A stretch of DNA of 64,000 nucleotides from Novosphingobium sp. (GTDB taxonomy: Bacteria; Pseudomonadota; Alphaproteobacteria; Sphingomonadales; Sphingomonadaceae): assembly GCA_035278205.1 (NCBI GenBank), contig DATEJH010000002.1, positions 6,763 to 70,762 on the forward strand, written 5' to 3'. The translations under genes were made by a program, and so were the position numbers. Position 1 is the first letter of the stretch. Each line of letters begins with the position of its first letter. Positions 46,047 through 56,291 of this stretch are shown here, piece by piece. Under the pieces are notes generated by a model. The model ran no database searches. It saw nothing but the letters and a program-made list of their open reading frames with translations, and was not told the origin of the DNA.

Positions 46047-46112
46047 GTGAATCCCTCATAGTCTCAGCGTTGATGTGGCGCCCTGGCGCCGGATTTGATG
46101 CCGAGAGCGCGG

Positions 46113-46490
46113 TCAGCGGCAGCGCAGGTCGCCGCGGTCGATTGAACGGCCGAGCAGGCCACCCGCAACGCCGCCCAGGATCGCGCCGAGCGTCCTGTCG
46201 CCATTGCCTGCGATTTCACGGCCGGCCAGCGCGCCGACGCCGGCGCCGATGATCAGGCCTGTCGTGCCGTTGTCCCGTCGGCAGTAATAGCGGCCGTCAC
46301 GTCCGCGCCAGACGCGATCACGGTAAGTCATCCGGCGCGGCTCGACATAATACCCGTGGCGGTCGTAGATCCTGTGGCGCTCCTTGGCGCGATAGCCGTG
46401 GGCCGGTGCCCAGGGCGGCGGATCGGCGGCGGCGGGGAAAGCCGGCAGCGCGAGAGCGGCGGCCGACAGCGCCAAGAGAGTTCTTTTCAT
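46113..46490 (-). CDS. Glycine zipper 2TM domain protein (paralogue)
   Basis: PPPWAPAHGYR, GRYYCRRDNGTTGLIIGAGVGAL; GGAGG RBS. Confidence 0.85.
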   Translation of the reverse strand: MKRTLLALSAAALALPAFPAAADPPPWAPAHGYRAKERHRIYDRHGYYVEPRRMTYRDRVWRGRDGRYYCRRDNGTTGLIIGAGVGALAGREIAGNGDRTLGAILGGVAGGLLGRSIDRGDLRCR

Positions 46491-46721
46491 GATCTAACCT
46501 CCTGCAGACGATTGGCTGGAATCATGAAGCATGATTGGTTCATCGATTCGCAACGATAGATGAACGGCTTGTTGTCCAGGCGGACGCGCAGACAGGACGG
46601 TATAATCTTGCGATGAAGTGAGTGCGCCGGATGAATGAGCACAAGTGAACGCCTCATGGCATCGGGTCGCGGCGGCGGCGTATGAAGGCGCAATGCTGAG
46701 GCTCACGCGCCGCCTTGGCTA

Positions 46722-46852
46722 TCAGCCTGAGCTTGCCGAAGGCCGCGCACTGCCCGTGTTCAGGTATGCTCCGGTGGGCGTGGGGAGGGGACCAGGACAG
46801 GAGAGATGGCCAGACGCGGGTTGCCGGCCTTCGACAAGCTCAGGCTGAGCGG
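46722..46852. repeat. Inverted pair of REP-like repeats (opposite arm order to the other pairs)
   Basis: TCAGCCTGAGCTTGCCGAAGGCC and GGCCTTCGACAAGCTCAGGCTGAGCGG. Confidence 0.85.
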
Positions 46853-46958
46853 AGCGGGATAAAGCCGAACGGCGTGGGCAGGCAATTGCTGGATGTCAGG
46901 ACTCCCCAACATTCCGGCCGTTCAGCGGGATCGATCGCAAATCTCGTGACTGCGTGGA

Positions 46959-48752
46959 TCAGGCGCTGAGGCGCCGATCCGGCGCGGCCGGGCCTCTCTG
47001 AGCCATCCAGGGCAGCACGTCCTCGTAAGGCATGGGGCGGCAGATGCCGTATCCCTGGCCGGCCCGGCAGCCCAGCGACGTGAGCAGATGCTGCGTTTCG
47101 GCCGTTTCGACGCCCTCGGCGACCAGTTCGATACCCAGGCTTTCGCAGAGCACGACAAGGCTGTTCACCAGTGACTGGTCGAAGCGGCTTTCGGTGAAGC
47201 GGGAGATGAAGGAGCGGTCGATCTTGATCTCGCTGATCGCGAATTCGCGCAGGTAGCTGAACGAGGTGAAGCCGGCGCCGAAGTCGTCGATCGACAGGCG
47301 GATGCCGTGTTCCTTGAGCCGTTCAATCACTCGCCGCGCCTGTGCCGGGTTGGCGATCAGGGCGGTTTCCGTCAGTTCCAGCGTGACCCGCTCCGGCTCG
47401 ACGCCGTGGCGGGCGATCACGCGGGGCAGGTTGTCGATGAAGCTCGATCGTTCGAGCATGCGGGCGGACAGGTTGATCGAGATGGAAGCCTCGCCGATCC
47501 GGTCCTGTATCCGCGAGAACTGGTCCAGGACTTTATTGAGGCAGTGGTTGGTGAAACTTTCGAGCAGCGGAGACTGCTCGACCGCGTGTATCAACTGGTC
47601 GGCGGGCACTGGCTTTTCCCGGGGGTTGTTCCACCGGACCAGCACTTCGAAGCCGAGCACGCGGCCGCTGCTCATGTCGACCTTGGGCTGCCAGTGCCAG
47701 TCGATGGAATCGTGCGACATGGCCGATTCCAGGTCCTGCAGGATGCCCTTGCGGTCGAGCGGCCTGGCGTGCCGGGCGGCGCCGTCGCTGGCGACGACGA
47801 TCTTGTCGATCCCGCGCTTTGCCACATACATGGCGTCATCCGCCGACGAGAGCAGCGCCTGCGGTGTGCAGTCCAGCGCCGGGCATAAGGCGATGCCGAT
47901 GGATGCGCCGACGCTCAGCATACGCTTGTCGCAGGCGATCGGCTGTTCGATGAGGCCGGTCAGCTTTTCCCCCAGCTTCAGTGCGAGTTCGGTCGTGCCG
48001 ACGTTCTGGAGCAGCACGGCGAATTCGTCTCCGCCGAGCCGCGCGACCGTATCGACCTCCCGCAGGTTCGAGCGCAGGCGAGCCGCAATGGTGGTCAGAG
48101 TGAGGTCTCCGGCGGCATGGCCGTAACTGTCGTTGATTTCCTTGAACCGGTCGAGGTCGAGCATCAGCACGGCGAACGGATCGCCATGGCGCCTAGCGCG
48201 CGCGCAGCTCTGCTCCAGGCGATCGAAGAAAAGAGTGCGGTTGGGAAGATCGGTGAGGGGGTCGTGCAGGCTGCGGTGCGTGAGCTGCTCTTCGGCCCGG
48301 CGCAGTTCCTGCCTGTACTTGCTCCAGGCGATTCCCTCCTCCACCGCGGCGAGGACCTGTTCGGAGGAGAGCCGCCGCTTGGGGAGGAATTCGGCCATGC
48401 CGGACTTGATGGAGTCCGCGGCCACCTGCTCGCTGCCGTTTCCCGTCACCGCCACGATCGGGCAATCCTGATCGATGCCGGCGCGGATCGCGGGCACCAG
48501 GTCGCGTCCGTCGCCGTCCCTCAGGCCAAAGTCGAGAAAGACCATGTCGAAATGGCTGCGCGGCTTGCGGATCACTTTCAATGCTTCGGCGTGGGAAGCA
48601 GCCTCGACGATCCGGAGCTTGCGCGGGCTGCGCCGCAGCATCCGGATCAGGCGTTCGCGGTCGACGTCGTCATCGTCGATGATGAGAATGGACAGCCCGT
48701 CTTTGCTGTTCTGCAGGCCTTGCATGGTCGATCCTTCGACAGTTCGCCTCAA
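46959..48752 (-). CDS. REC-GGDEF-EAL response regulator
   Basis: IIDDD/FLD receiver, GGDEF, EVLVRW, DDFGAG; alternative start 48725. Confidence 0.92.
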   Translation of the reverse strand: MRRTVEGSTMQGLQNSKDGLSILIIDDDDVDRERLIRMLRRSPRKLRIVEAASHAEALKVIRKPRSHFDMVFLDFGLRDGDGRDLVPAIRAGIDQDCPIVAVTGNGSEQVAADSIKSGMAEFLPKRRLSSEQVLAAVEEGIAWSKYRQELRRAEEQLTHRSLHDPLTDLPNRTLFFDRLEQSCARARRHGDPFAVLMLDLDRFKEINDSYGHAAGDLTLTTIAARLRSNLREVDTVARLGGDEFAVLLQNVGTTELALKLGEKLTGLIEQPIACDKRMLSVGASIGIALCPALDCTPQALLSSADDAMYVAKRGIDKIVVASDGAARHARPLDRKGILQDLESAMSHDSIDWHWQPKVDMSSGRVLGFEVLVRWNNPREKPVPADQLIHAVEQSPLLESFTNHCLNKVLDQFSRIQDRIGEASISINLSARMLERSSFIDNLPRVIARHGVEPERVTLELTETALIANPAQARRVIERLKEHGIRLSIDDFGAGFTSFSYLREFAISEIKIDRSFISRFTESRFDQSLVNSLVVLCESLGIELVAEGVETAETQHLLTSLGCRAGQGYGICRPMPYEDVLPWMAQRGPAAPDRRLSA

Positions 48753-49183
48753 GGCAGCCTCTGGGTGCGAGTGTATTCCGTCATGAACTCGGCAAGGAGC
48801 GCGAACTGCGGACCTACCGCCGACTTGACCATGTATCCGGCCACCTGCTCGTCATAGGCGCGGAAACGGTCCTGGTCGCGAGAGGAAGTGGTCAGAACGA
48901 ACACCACCGTGCGCCTCAGCTCGGCGTCAGCGCGCACCGCCTCTAGGAACTGGAAGCCGTCCATGCCGGGCATGTTCAGATCGAGCAGGACGATGACCGG
49001 GGTTTCGATCGCCTTGGCCGGATGCGTTCCGCGCAGGATCGACAGAGCCTCCTTCCCGTCCCCGGTAGTGAGCGCGTGGCACGGGACCTCGTACTTGCGG
49101 AAGCTGCGCAACACGCCTTCAAGCGCAACGTCGTCGTCATCGACGACAAGGACTGTGCAGTCGACAAGGCTGGCGTCGTTCAT
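48749..49183 (-). CDS. Single-domain response regulator (Rcp1-like)
   Basis: VVDDD, LLDLNMPGMDG, LTTSS, YMVK. Confidence 0.9.
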   Translation of the reverse strand: MNDASLVDCTVLVVDDDDVALEGVLRSFRKYEVPCHALTTGDGKEALSILRGTHPAKAIETPVIVLLDLNMPGMDGFQFLEAVRADAELRRTVVFVLTTSSRDQDRFRAYDEQVAGYMVKSAVGPQFALLAEFMTEYTRTQRLP

Positions 49184-50655
49184 TGCTCGGCATCCCTCAG
49201 CAGAATACGCGGCCAGCGGATCTCGAAGCAGGCACCGCCGAGGCCGTACTGGCTCCGGACCACCGAGATCATGCCGCCATGGGCGTTTATCATGCGCCGG
49301 GTGAAAGCCAGGCCAACTCCGTCGCCCTCGGTGCCGGGAGAGGCGCGGTGAAACAGCTTGAAGATGCGTTCCTCGTTTCCTTCGGGAATCCCCTGTCCGT
49401 CATCCTCGACAGTGAAGACGGCGAAGCGCCCTTCCTCGCGCACGGCGATGCGGATCCGGCCCGACCGCTTCCCGTGGTGCTTGACGGCATTGCCGATCAG
49501 ATTGCGCAGCGAGGTGGAGAGCGGCGCACGCGGGGCGGTGATGGCGCCGGCGGTGACGTCGACTTCGACAACGAAGCTTTCCGGGACCATGGCCAGGATG
49601 ATCGCCTCGGCAATCAGTTCGCCCGGATCGATCCGTTCGATCATCGTGTCGCGAGTGCCTGCGCGGGCGTAGTCGAGCAGATCGTCGATCATCTGCTCGG
49701 CGCGGTCGATGCGCAGCGCGATGCGGTCGAAATTGTGGCGCACGTCCTCCGGCAGGTTGTCTTCCCCCAGGTCTTCGCGGATCCAGGTGACGAGATCGCC
49801 GATGCCGCGTAGCGGAGAACGCAGGTCGTGGCTGGCGACGTACGTGAATTCCTCAAGCTGGGCGTTGGTCTGCTGCAGCGCGTTTTCTCCGTTCTTGCGC
49901 TGCGCGATGTTGCTGACGGTGGCCATGAAGAGCGGCTTGTTCGCGTTGTCGAGTTTGGTGAGCGCGATCTCCACCGGAATCTCCTGCCCGGAGCTGTGGA
50001 GGCCGGTGAGGTCGCGCCCCGATCCCATCATCCGCGAACTGGGCTCGGCAAGGTAGCCCTGCACGTGCTGGACGTGCGCTTCGCGGTAGCGCTGGGGCAG
50101 CAGCATATCGAGCGGCTGGCCGACGAGTTCCTCCTGCAGGTAGCCGAATTCGCTTGCGAGGGTGCGGTTGACCTGGACGATGCGCTGGCGGCTGTCGACG
50201 ATCAGCAGACCCAGAGGCAGGTTCTCGAAGAGCTTGGTGAAGCGCCTTTCGGCCAAGGTCTGCCGCACCAGGCTCTGCACGTAAATGACCGCCGGCTGGC
50301 CGAACTCGTCGGGCAGGGGAGCGATCGTCATTTCCACGATCTGTTCCGAGCCGCCGATGGCCAGGAGCGTGAACTGTCGCGTCCACGCCGAACGTGCCTC
50401 TTCCGAGGCGGCGAAATGAATCTCGAGCATCTGACGCAGCGTCTCGGCGTCCTCTTCGCCCAGCCGGGCATAGATGAGGCTGTGGCGCAGCGCCGCCGCA
50501 TCGGGCTCCGCGAGAATTGCCGCGAGTGCCGGATTGGCCCAGGAAACCACACCGGTCCCATCGACCAGCATCGCGCCGATCGGCGCATGTGATAGCGCGG
50601 CGTGGATATCTGCCCCGGTCTGAGAATTGATGTTCACCGGCTTTCCCCTTGCCAT
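49180..50655 (-). CDS. PAS-PAS sensor histidine kinase
   Basis: FTYVASHDLRSPL H-box, NLIGNAVKH, DDGQGI, GVGLA; start 50637 or 50655. Confidence 0.9.
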   Translation of the reverse strand: MARGKPVNINSQTGADIHAALSHAPIGAMLVDGTGVVSWANPALAAILAEPDAAALRHSLIYARLGEEDAETLRQMLEIHFAASEEARSAWTRQFTLLAIGGSEQIVEMTIAPLPDEFGQPAVIYVQSLVRQTLAERRFTKLFENLPLGLLIVDSRQRIVQVNRTLASEFGYLQEELVGQPLDMLLPQRYREAHVQHVQGYLAEPSSRMMGSGRDLTGLHSSGQEIPVEIALTKLDNANKPLFMATVSNIAQRKNGENALQQTNAQLEEFTYVASHDLRSPLRGIGDLVTWIREDLGEDNLPEDVRHNFDRIALRIDRAEQMIDDLLDYARAGTRDTMIERIDPGELIAEAIILAMVPESFVVEVDVTAGAITAPRAPLSTSLRNLIGNAVKHHGKRSGRIRIAVREEGRFAVFTVEDDGQGIPEGNEERIFKLFHRASPGTEGDGVGLAFTRRMINAHGGMISVVRSQYGLGGACFEIRWPRILLRDAEQ

Positions 50656-50823
50656 CCCGCCCCGCCGCAGGCGCGTCCCGGCCATGCAGGAAACGAAAAC
50701 CGCGCGGCTGCGAACGGTCAGCACGTCCAGCGTGCAGCCTAACCTTTCGCCCCTTGGCGGATTGCGAAGAAGGTGTTCCGAATTTGTCCGTAAAGTGAGA
50801 GGAGAACCGTCCGGATCGGAGGT

Positions 50824-51315
50824 TCAGATTTCGATGAAAGTACCTGCATCGCGGTCCTTGCGGACCTTCAGACCATCGAAAACCGATCCATTCATGGTGA
50901 TCCATACGCCCGGCCCGGCGGTCTGGCAGCAGGCGAAGGCCATGCCCAGGTTGAACGCGGCATCGCTTTCGGCGAAGCGGGCCGGAGCGAGGGCGCCAGC
51001 GAAGACCACCGTTTTGCCTTCGATATGGGCGAGCGCCCTGGCGGTGACGGCCATCGTATCGGTGCCGTGAGTCACGACCACGCGCTTCTCCGGCGCATTG
51101 GCCACAGTCGTGGCGATCAGCGCCCGGTCCTCGTCGCCCAGTTCTAGGCTATCCTTGCGCATCAGTTCGACGACGCGGAAAGGATGCGTGACACGCGCGA
51201 CCTTGAGCAGTTTTTCGATCACGCTTTCGGTGATCTGATATTCGCTGAGCGCGTCGAAGTACTGCTTGTCGATCGTGCCGCCGGTTGTGACGACGAGGAT
51301 GGGGGAGCGGATCAT
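50824..51315 (-). CDS. Short asparaginase-domain protein
   Basis: TTGGTIDK, KDSLE, HGTDTM. Confidence 0.85.
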   Translation of the reverse strand: MIRSPILVVTTGGTIDKQYFDALSEYQITESVIEKLLKVARVTHPFRVVELMRKDSLELGDEDRALIATTVANAPEKRVVVTHGTDTMAVTARALAHIEGKTVVFAGALAPARFAESDAAFNLGMAFACCQTAGPGVWITMNGSVFDGLKVRKDRDAGTFIEI

Positions 51316-51373
51316 GTGCCTTTCTACCCGTGCAGCGGCCGGATCGGCAATGCGTTACTGCCGCGGAGCGGCC

Positions 51374-51973
51374 TCAGCAGTCGCAGTGCGTCGCCGCGCC
51401 GATCGTGTCGACCAGGCTGTCGATGAAATACTCCAGTTCCGCCGCCGTGGGCTTGACCGGGCGCAGCAGGATTTCCGAGCGATATCCGGATATCGCCGCC
51501 ACCGTCAACTGCGCCAGTCTGGCGGCCTCGGCCTGGTCGAAGCGGGTGGCATAGAACGCCGCGACGCCCTCGCGCACCTTGGCCGAACCGCGAGTGTAGA
51601 ACATCTCCGTGATCTCGGGAAAGCGCTTGCCTTCGCTGATCACTAGACTGAACAGGCGCTCCGCGCTGTCGCGCAGCAGGCACTCGAGGTAGCGCAGGCA
51701 GGCGCGCCGCAAGGCCGGCAGCGAGAAATTCGGCCCGGTCAGCACTTCGCCGATATCCTGCGCGAATGTGTCCACCTGCTTGTCGATGACGGCGGCGAAC
51801 AGATCCTCCTTCGAACTGAAATGGCCCCACAACGTTGCCTTGGAGCCGCCAAGCTCCTCGGCGATCGCCGACATGCTGGTGGCGTCATAACCATGTTCAA
51901 GGAAGCAACGCGTTGCGATCGCGACGATCTCAGCGCGTTTCCTGGCCTTGTTGAGCTCTCGTTTTCCGGGCAT
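51374..51973 (-). CDS. TetR/AcrR family regulator
   Basis: GYDATSMSAIAEELGGSKATLWGHFSSKEDLF. Confidence 0.92.
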   Translation of the reverse strand: MPGKRELNKARKRAEIVAIATRCFLEHGYDATSMSAIAEELGGSKATLWGHFSSKEDLFAAVIDKQVDTFAQDIGEVLTGPNFSLPALRRACLRYLECLLRDSAERLFSLVISEGKRFPEITEMFYTRGSAKVREGVAAFYATRFDQAEAARLAQLTVAAISGYRSEILLRPVKPTAAELEYFIDSLVDTIGAATHCDC

Positions 51974-51984
51974 CTCTCTCATGT

Positions 51985-52056
51985 GTGTACGACATGGTAC
52001 CCTTCCATGTTGACACGCGCAAGTGACAGGCCGATTAAAAGTGTACGAATGAGTAC
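51985..52056. promoter_or_regulatory. Two GTAC-N6-GTAC boxes; candidate TetR operators
   Basis: GTGTAC-GACATG-GTAC (51985-52000) and GTGTAC-GAATGA-GTAC (52041-52056); TTGACA lies between them. Confidence 0.55.
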
Positions 52057-53509
52057 GAGATTGTCCTCCCGAGTCGCGGCGGCATTCCTGCTGTCCGCCG
52101 CCCTCTCACTTGCCGCGTGCACAGCGCCAGATCTCGGGCCGCGTCCCTCGATGCGAGCACCTGCCAGTCTCGACAGCGGCCGCACTCTCGCATCTGCGGC
52201 GCCCATGGCATTGTGGCCAGAGGAACATTGGTGGACTGCCTACGGCGATCCCCAGCTCAATGCTTTGGTGGCCGAGGCGCTGGCCAATTCGCCGAGCGTG
52301 GCCACGGCCGAGGCGCGCATTCGCCAGGCGCGCGGCGCCATGCGGGTGGCCGGCGCGGAAGGGTTGCCGAACCTCGGCGCCCAGGCCTCCGGCGGGCTGA
52401 CGAAGCAGAGCTACAACACGAATCCGGGCGCCCCCCCCGAGTTCATTCCTCACGGCTGGAAAAGTACCGGAACATTGGCGCTGACGGGCGAGTTCGATCT
52501 CGATCTCTGGGGTAAGGCGCGCAATTCACTTGCGGCCGCGACATCGGAGGAACTGGCCGCAGAGGCTGACGCCCGGCAGGCGGCGCTGATGCTCTCGGCC
52601 AATGTCGTCTCGTCCTATTTCGATCTCGGCCGTCTGATGGAGCGCGGCAAGGCGCTGGAAGAAGCGCGGAAGGCTCGCGGCGCACTGGTGGAACTTACGC
52701 GCCAGCGCGTGGATCTCGGCGTCGAGAACGAGGGGCCCTTGCGGCAGGCAGAGGCGACGGCGGCGGGAGCGCGCCTTACCGTTTCCGCCAATGCCGAGCA
52801 AGTCCTGCTGCGCCGCCACGCTCTTGCCGCCCTGCTTGGCGCAGGGCCTGATCGCGGCCTTGCGATCACGGCCCCACAATTCGCCGCCATCCCGGAGACG
52901 CAGCTTCCGGCGGACGCCGGAATTGCGCTCGCGGGCCGACGGCCCGACATCGTCGCCGCGCGGCTCAGGGCCGAAGCGGCATCCTCGCGGATCGAGGTGG
53001 CCAGGGCTGCATTCATGCCCGACGTCTCGCTCAGCGGTCTGATCGGCCTGACCTCGCTCGGCCTCTCTAATCTGATCGACAGCGGCTCGACTTACGGCAA
53101 CGTCGGCGGCGCGCTGAGCCTGCCGATTTTCCAGGGCGGGCGCCTGAAGGGGAACTTCACCCAGGCACGCGGCGCTTACGATGCCGCCGTTGCGAACTAC
53201 AACCAGACTGTCATCGGCGCTCTGCAGGATGTCGCCGATGCACTTACCAGCCGCGATGCCTCCGCCGCTCAGGAGCAGGATGCAGTGCAGGCGAATGAGA
53301 AGGCTGCTGCCGGCTACGACATCGCGCTCAAACGCTATCGCGGCGGTCTTTCGAACTATCTCGAAGTCTTGACTGCCCAGACCGCCGCACTCGCAGCCCG
53401 AGAGACGGCGATCGATGCCCATTTCCGGACCCTTGCCCTGGAAGTCGCGCTAAAGCGGGCGCTGGGTGGAGGATTCGAAGACGAACAGGAAAAAGGCGCC
53501 TCGAGATGA
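52049..53509 (+). CDS. Efflux outer-membrane lipoprotein (NodT/OprM family)
   Basis: LAAC lipobox, WW..YGDPQL, DLDLWG, RRPDI, ALGGG. Confidence 0.92.
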   Translation: MSTRLSSRVAAAFLLSAALSLAACTAPDLGPRPSMRAPASLDSGRTLASAAPMALWPEEHWWTAYGDPQLNALVAEALANSPSVATAEARIRQARGAMRVAGAEGLPNLGAQASGGLTKQSYNTNPGAPPEFIPHGWKSTGTLALTGEFDLDLWGKARNSLAAATSEELAAEADARQAALMLSANVVSSYFDLGRLMERGKALEEARKARGALVELTRQRVDLGVENEGPLRQAEATAAGARLTVSANAEQVLLRRHALAALLGAGPDRGLAITAPQFAAIPETQLPADAGIALAGRRPDIVAARLRAEAASSRIEVARAAFMPDVSLSGLIGLTSLGLSNLIDSGSTYGNVGGALSLPIFQGGRLKGNFTQARGAYDAAVANYNQTVIGALQDVADALTSRDASAAQEQDAVQANEKAAAGYDIALKRYRGGLSNYLEVLTAQTAALAARETAIDAHFRTLALEVALKRALGGGFEDEQEKGASR

Positions 53510-54666
53510 GTGACGACGCGCAGGCTCTCCCTGCGGAAAACGGACACGAGCACGACGAGACCAGCGTAGTCGACGAGAAGAAGCGCCGGCCGCTGCTGAT
53601 CGGCCTCGCCGCGGCGGTCGTCGCGGTCGCGGCGCTCTATGTTCTTTATGACGTGTTCATCGGCAGTCGTTCGGTCTCGACCGACAATGCCTACGTCTCG
53701 GGAGACACCGCCGAAGTCACGCCGTTGACGAGCGGCAAGGTCGTGGAAGTGCTCGTCACCGACACGCAGCCGGTCAGGAAAGGGCAACTCCTGTTCCGCC
53801 TCGACGATTCCGATCAGAAGATCGCACTGGCCCAGGCCGAAGCCGGACTTGTCATGGCGCAGCGCCGGTACCGGCAGTCGCTTGCCAACAACGAGGCCCT
53901 CGGCGCCACGGCCGAAGCGAGCGCCTCGGAGATCAATTCCGCCAGAGCTCGCCTGACCTCGGCCGAAGCGTCCCTTGGCCGTGCACAGGCCGAGTATGAC
54001 CGGCGTGCGGCGCTGGCCGGCAGCGGCGCGGTTTCCGCCGAGGAACTGACCACGGCGCGGGAAGCGCTCAAGTCGGCTGAGGCCGCCGCTCGCGACGCGC
54101 AGGCCAGTGTCGCGCAGGCGCGGTCGACGGCGACGAGCGCAAGGGAGCAGCAGCGCGCCTCGCTTGCCCTGACCGACGGGACGACCAGCGAAACCGCGCC
54201 TGAAGTCCGCCTTGCCAAGGCGCGAATGGCACAGGCGAAGCTTGATCTCGAGCGCACCATCGTACGCGCACCGATGGACGGGGTCGTCGCCAAGCGCGCC
54301 GTCCAGGTCGGCCAGAAGATCGAGGCGGGCTCCCCCGCCATGTCGATCGTTCCGATCGGGCAGCTTTACGTCAACGCCAACTTCAAGGAGGACCAACTCG
54401 GCAAGGTCCATTCCGGCCAGAAGGCGACGCTCATTTCCGACTTTTACGGAGCGGACGTGGTCTATCACGGCAAGGTCGTGGGCTTTTCCGGCGGTACCGG
54501 CGCGGCGTTTTCCCTGATACCCGCGCAGAACGCGACGGGCAACTGGATCAAGGTCGTGCAGCGCCTGCCGGTGCGCATCGAACTCGACGCGAAGGAACTG
54601 AAGGACCATCCGCTACGCATCGGCTTGTCGATGGATGCCAAGATAGACCTGACGGACGGCCGCTGA
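53506..54666 (+). CDS. emrA: EmrA/HlyD family membrane fusion protein
   Basis: STDNAYV, PAQNATGNWIKVVQRLPVRI. Confidence 0.9.
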   Translation: MSDDAQALPAENGHEHDETSVVDEKKRRPLLIGLAAAVVAVAALYVLYDVFIGSRSVSTDNAYVSGDTAEVTPLTSGKVVEVLVTDTQPVRKGQLLFRLDDSDQKIALAQAEAGLVMAQRRYRQSLANNEALGATAEASASEINSARARLTSAEASLGRAQAEYDRRAALAGSGAVSAEELTTAREALKSAEAAARDAQASVAQARSTATSAREQQRASLALTDGTTSETAPEVRLAKARMAQAKLDLERTIVRAPMDGVVAKRAVQVGQKIEAGSPAMSIVPIGQLYVNANFKEDQLGKVHSGQKATLISDFYGADVVYHGKVVGFSGGTGAAFSLIPAQNATGNWIKVVQRLPVRIELDAKELKDHPLRIGLSMDAKIDLTDGR

Positions 54667-56228
54667 TGGCAAGCGCGGCCAAAGCCCCGGCCCGCAACGG
54701 CAATGGCTCTGACGCATCAAGGCCGCTGACCGGCGTGCGGCTGGTCGTCGCCGGGTTCGTGCTGGCGATGGCGAACTTCATCGTCGTGCTGGACACCTCG
54801 ATCGCCAACGTATCGGTGCCGCACATCGCAGGCGGTCTGGCCGTTTCGGTGTCCAGCGGTACCTGGGTCATAACGTCCTACGCCGTCGCCGAGGCGATCT
54901 GCGTGCCGCTGACGGGATGGCTTGCGGGCCGCTTCGGCACATTGCGGGTCTTTCTTTTCTCGTTGGTCGGCTTCGGCATCTTCTCGGCGCTCTGCGGCAT
55001 CTCCGGCACGTTGAGCATGCTGGTGCTGTTCCGCGTCGGACAGGGGTTCTGCGGCGGGCCGCTTATGCCGCTGACCCAGACCCTGCTCTTGCGCATCTTT
55101 CCCCGGGAGATGCATGCGAAGGCCATGGCCATGTGGGCCGTGACCGTGGTCACCGCACCGATCGCGGGGCCTATCCTGGGCGGCTGGATCAGCGACAACT
55201 GGTCGTGGGAATGGATATTCTTCATCAACGTGCCGATCGTCGGCCTGATCCTGTTCGGCGTCCTGGCTCTTCTCAGGGACGAGGAGACGCCGACGAGAAA
55301 GCTCCCGATCGACGGGATCGGCCTCGTCCTGCTGGTAGTCTGGGTCGGCGCCTTCCAGATGATGCTCGACCTTGGGCGGGACGAGGACTGGTTCAGCTCA
55401 CCAATGATCGTGACGCTGGCGTACATCGCGGCGGTCTTCTTCGCGGCTTTCCTGATCTGGGAACTGACGGAAAAGCACCCGATCGTCGATCTCAAGGTGT
55501 TCCGGCATGCGGGCTTCACCGCTTGCACGATCTCGCTCACGATCGCTTTTGGCACCTACTTCTCGTCAGTGGTCGTGATCCCGCAGTGGCTGCAGACCTC
55601 GCTCGGCTATACGGCCACTCAGGCAGGCTATGCCATGGCATTCAGCGGCGTGCTGGCGGTCGCCGTTTCGCCTCTGGTGCCCAGGATGATGCAGAAAGTC
55701 GATCCGCGGATGCTGGTGTTCGCCGGGATATCCTGGCTCGGCATATGTTCTGCCATGCGGACCTGGTGGTCGACTGACGCAACCTTCTGGGAGATCGCCT
55801 TCCCGCAACTGCTGCAAGGGATGGGGGCGGCGCTGTTCATGGTGCCGTTGACGACGATCAGCCTGAGTTCGGTCGATCCCGAAGAGACGGCCTCCGCCGC
55901 GGGCATCGCCAATTTCGGACGAACGCTTGCCGGCGCTGTCGCGACTGCGGTGATGACCACCTGGTGGACCGACATGTCGCGTTCGAACGCGGCGGAACTG
56001 GCGGCAACGCTGAACGGAGCGGCCGATGTCTCGGACGCGCTGCAGCAGCAGGGTTTCTCGGCCGAGCAGGCGCGCGGCGTTGTCGCCCAGTTGACCGAGC
56101 AGCAGGGCATGGCCATCGGAACGACGCACCTCTTCGCGATCGCGGCCGTCGGTCTTCTGCTTGCGGCCACGACGATCTGGATCGCGCCGCGCCCGCCGAA
56201 GGACGTAGAGCCGAGCGCCGGCCACTGA
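54666..56228 (+). CDS. emrB: DHA2 family MFS efflux permease
   Basis: LDTSIANVSVPHI, WVITSY, WIFFINVP. Confidence 0.9.
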   Translation: MASAAKAPARNGNGSDASRPLTGVRLVVAGFVLAMANFIVVLDTSIANVSVPHIAGGLAVSVSSGTWVITSYAVAEAICVPLTGWLAGRFGTLRVFLFSLVGFGIFSALCGISGTLSMLVLFRVGQGFCGGPLMPLTQTLLLRIFPREMHAKAMAMWAVTVVTAPIAGPILGGWISDNWSWEWIFFINVPIVGLILFGVLALLRDEETPTRKLPIDGIGLVLLVVWVGAFQMMLDLGRDEDWFSSPMIVTLAYIAAVFFAAFLIWELTEKHPIVDLKVFRHAGFTACTISLTIAFGTYFSSVVVIPQWLQTSLGYTATQAGYAMAFSGVLAVAVSPLVPRMMQKVDPRMLVFAGISWLGICSAMRTWWSTDATFWEIAFPQLLQGMGAALFMVPLTTISLSSVDPEETASAAGIANFGRTLAGAVATAVMTTWWTDMSRSNAAELAATLNGAADVSDALQQQGFSAEQARGVVAQLTEQQGMAIGTTHLFAIAAVGLLLAATTIWIAPRPPKDVEPSAGH

Positions 56229-56291
56229 CCGGCGGGTCAACCTCCGGCGCCGAGACTTGCCGGCCTTGCCTGGCGGAACTACTCAGTCGGA

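Noticed and set aside
48733..48752. CCTTCGACAG as another REP copy (also near 22829 in mdh)
   Set aside because: Only about 9 nt match and the AGCTCAGG half is missing; probably chance.
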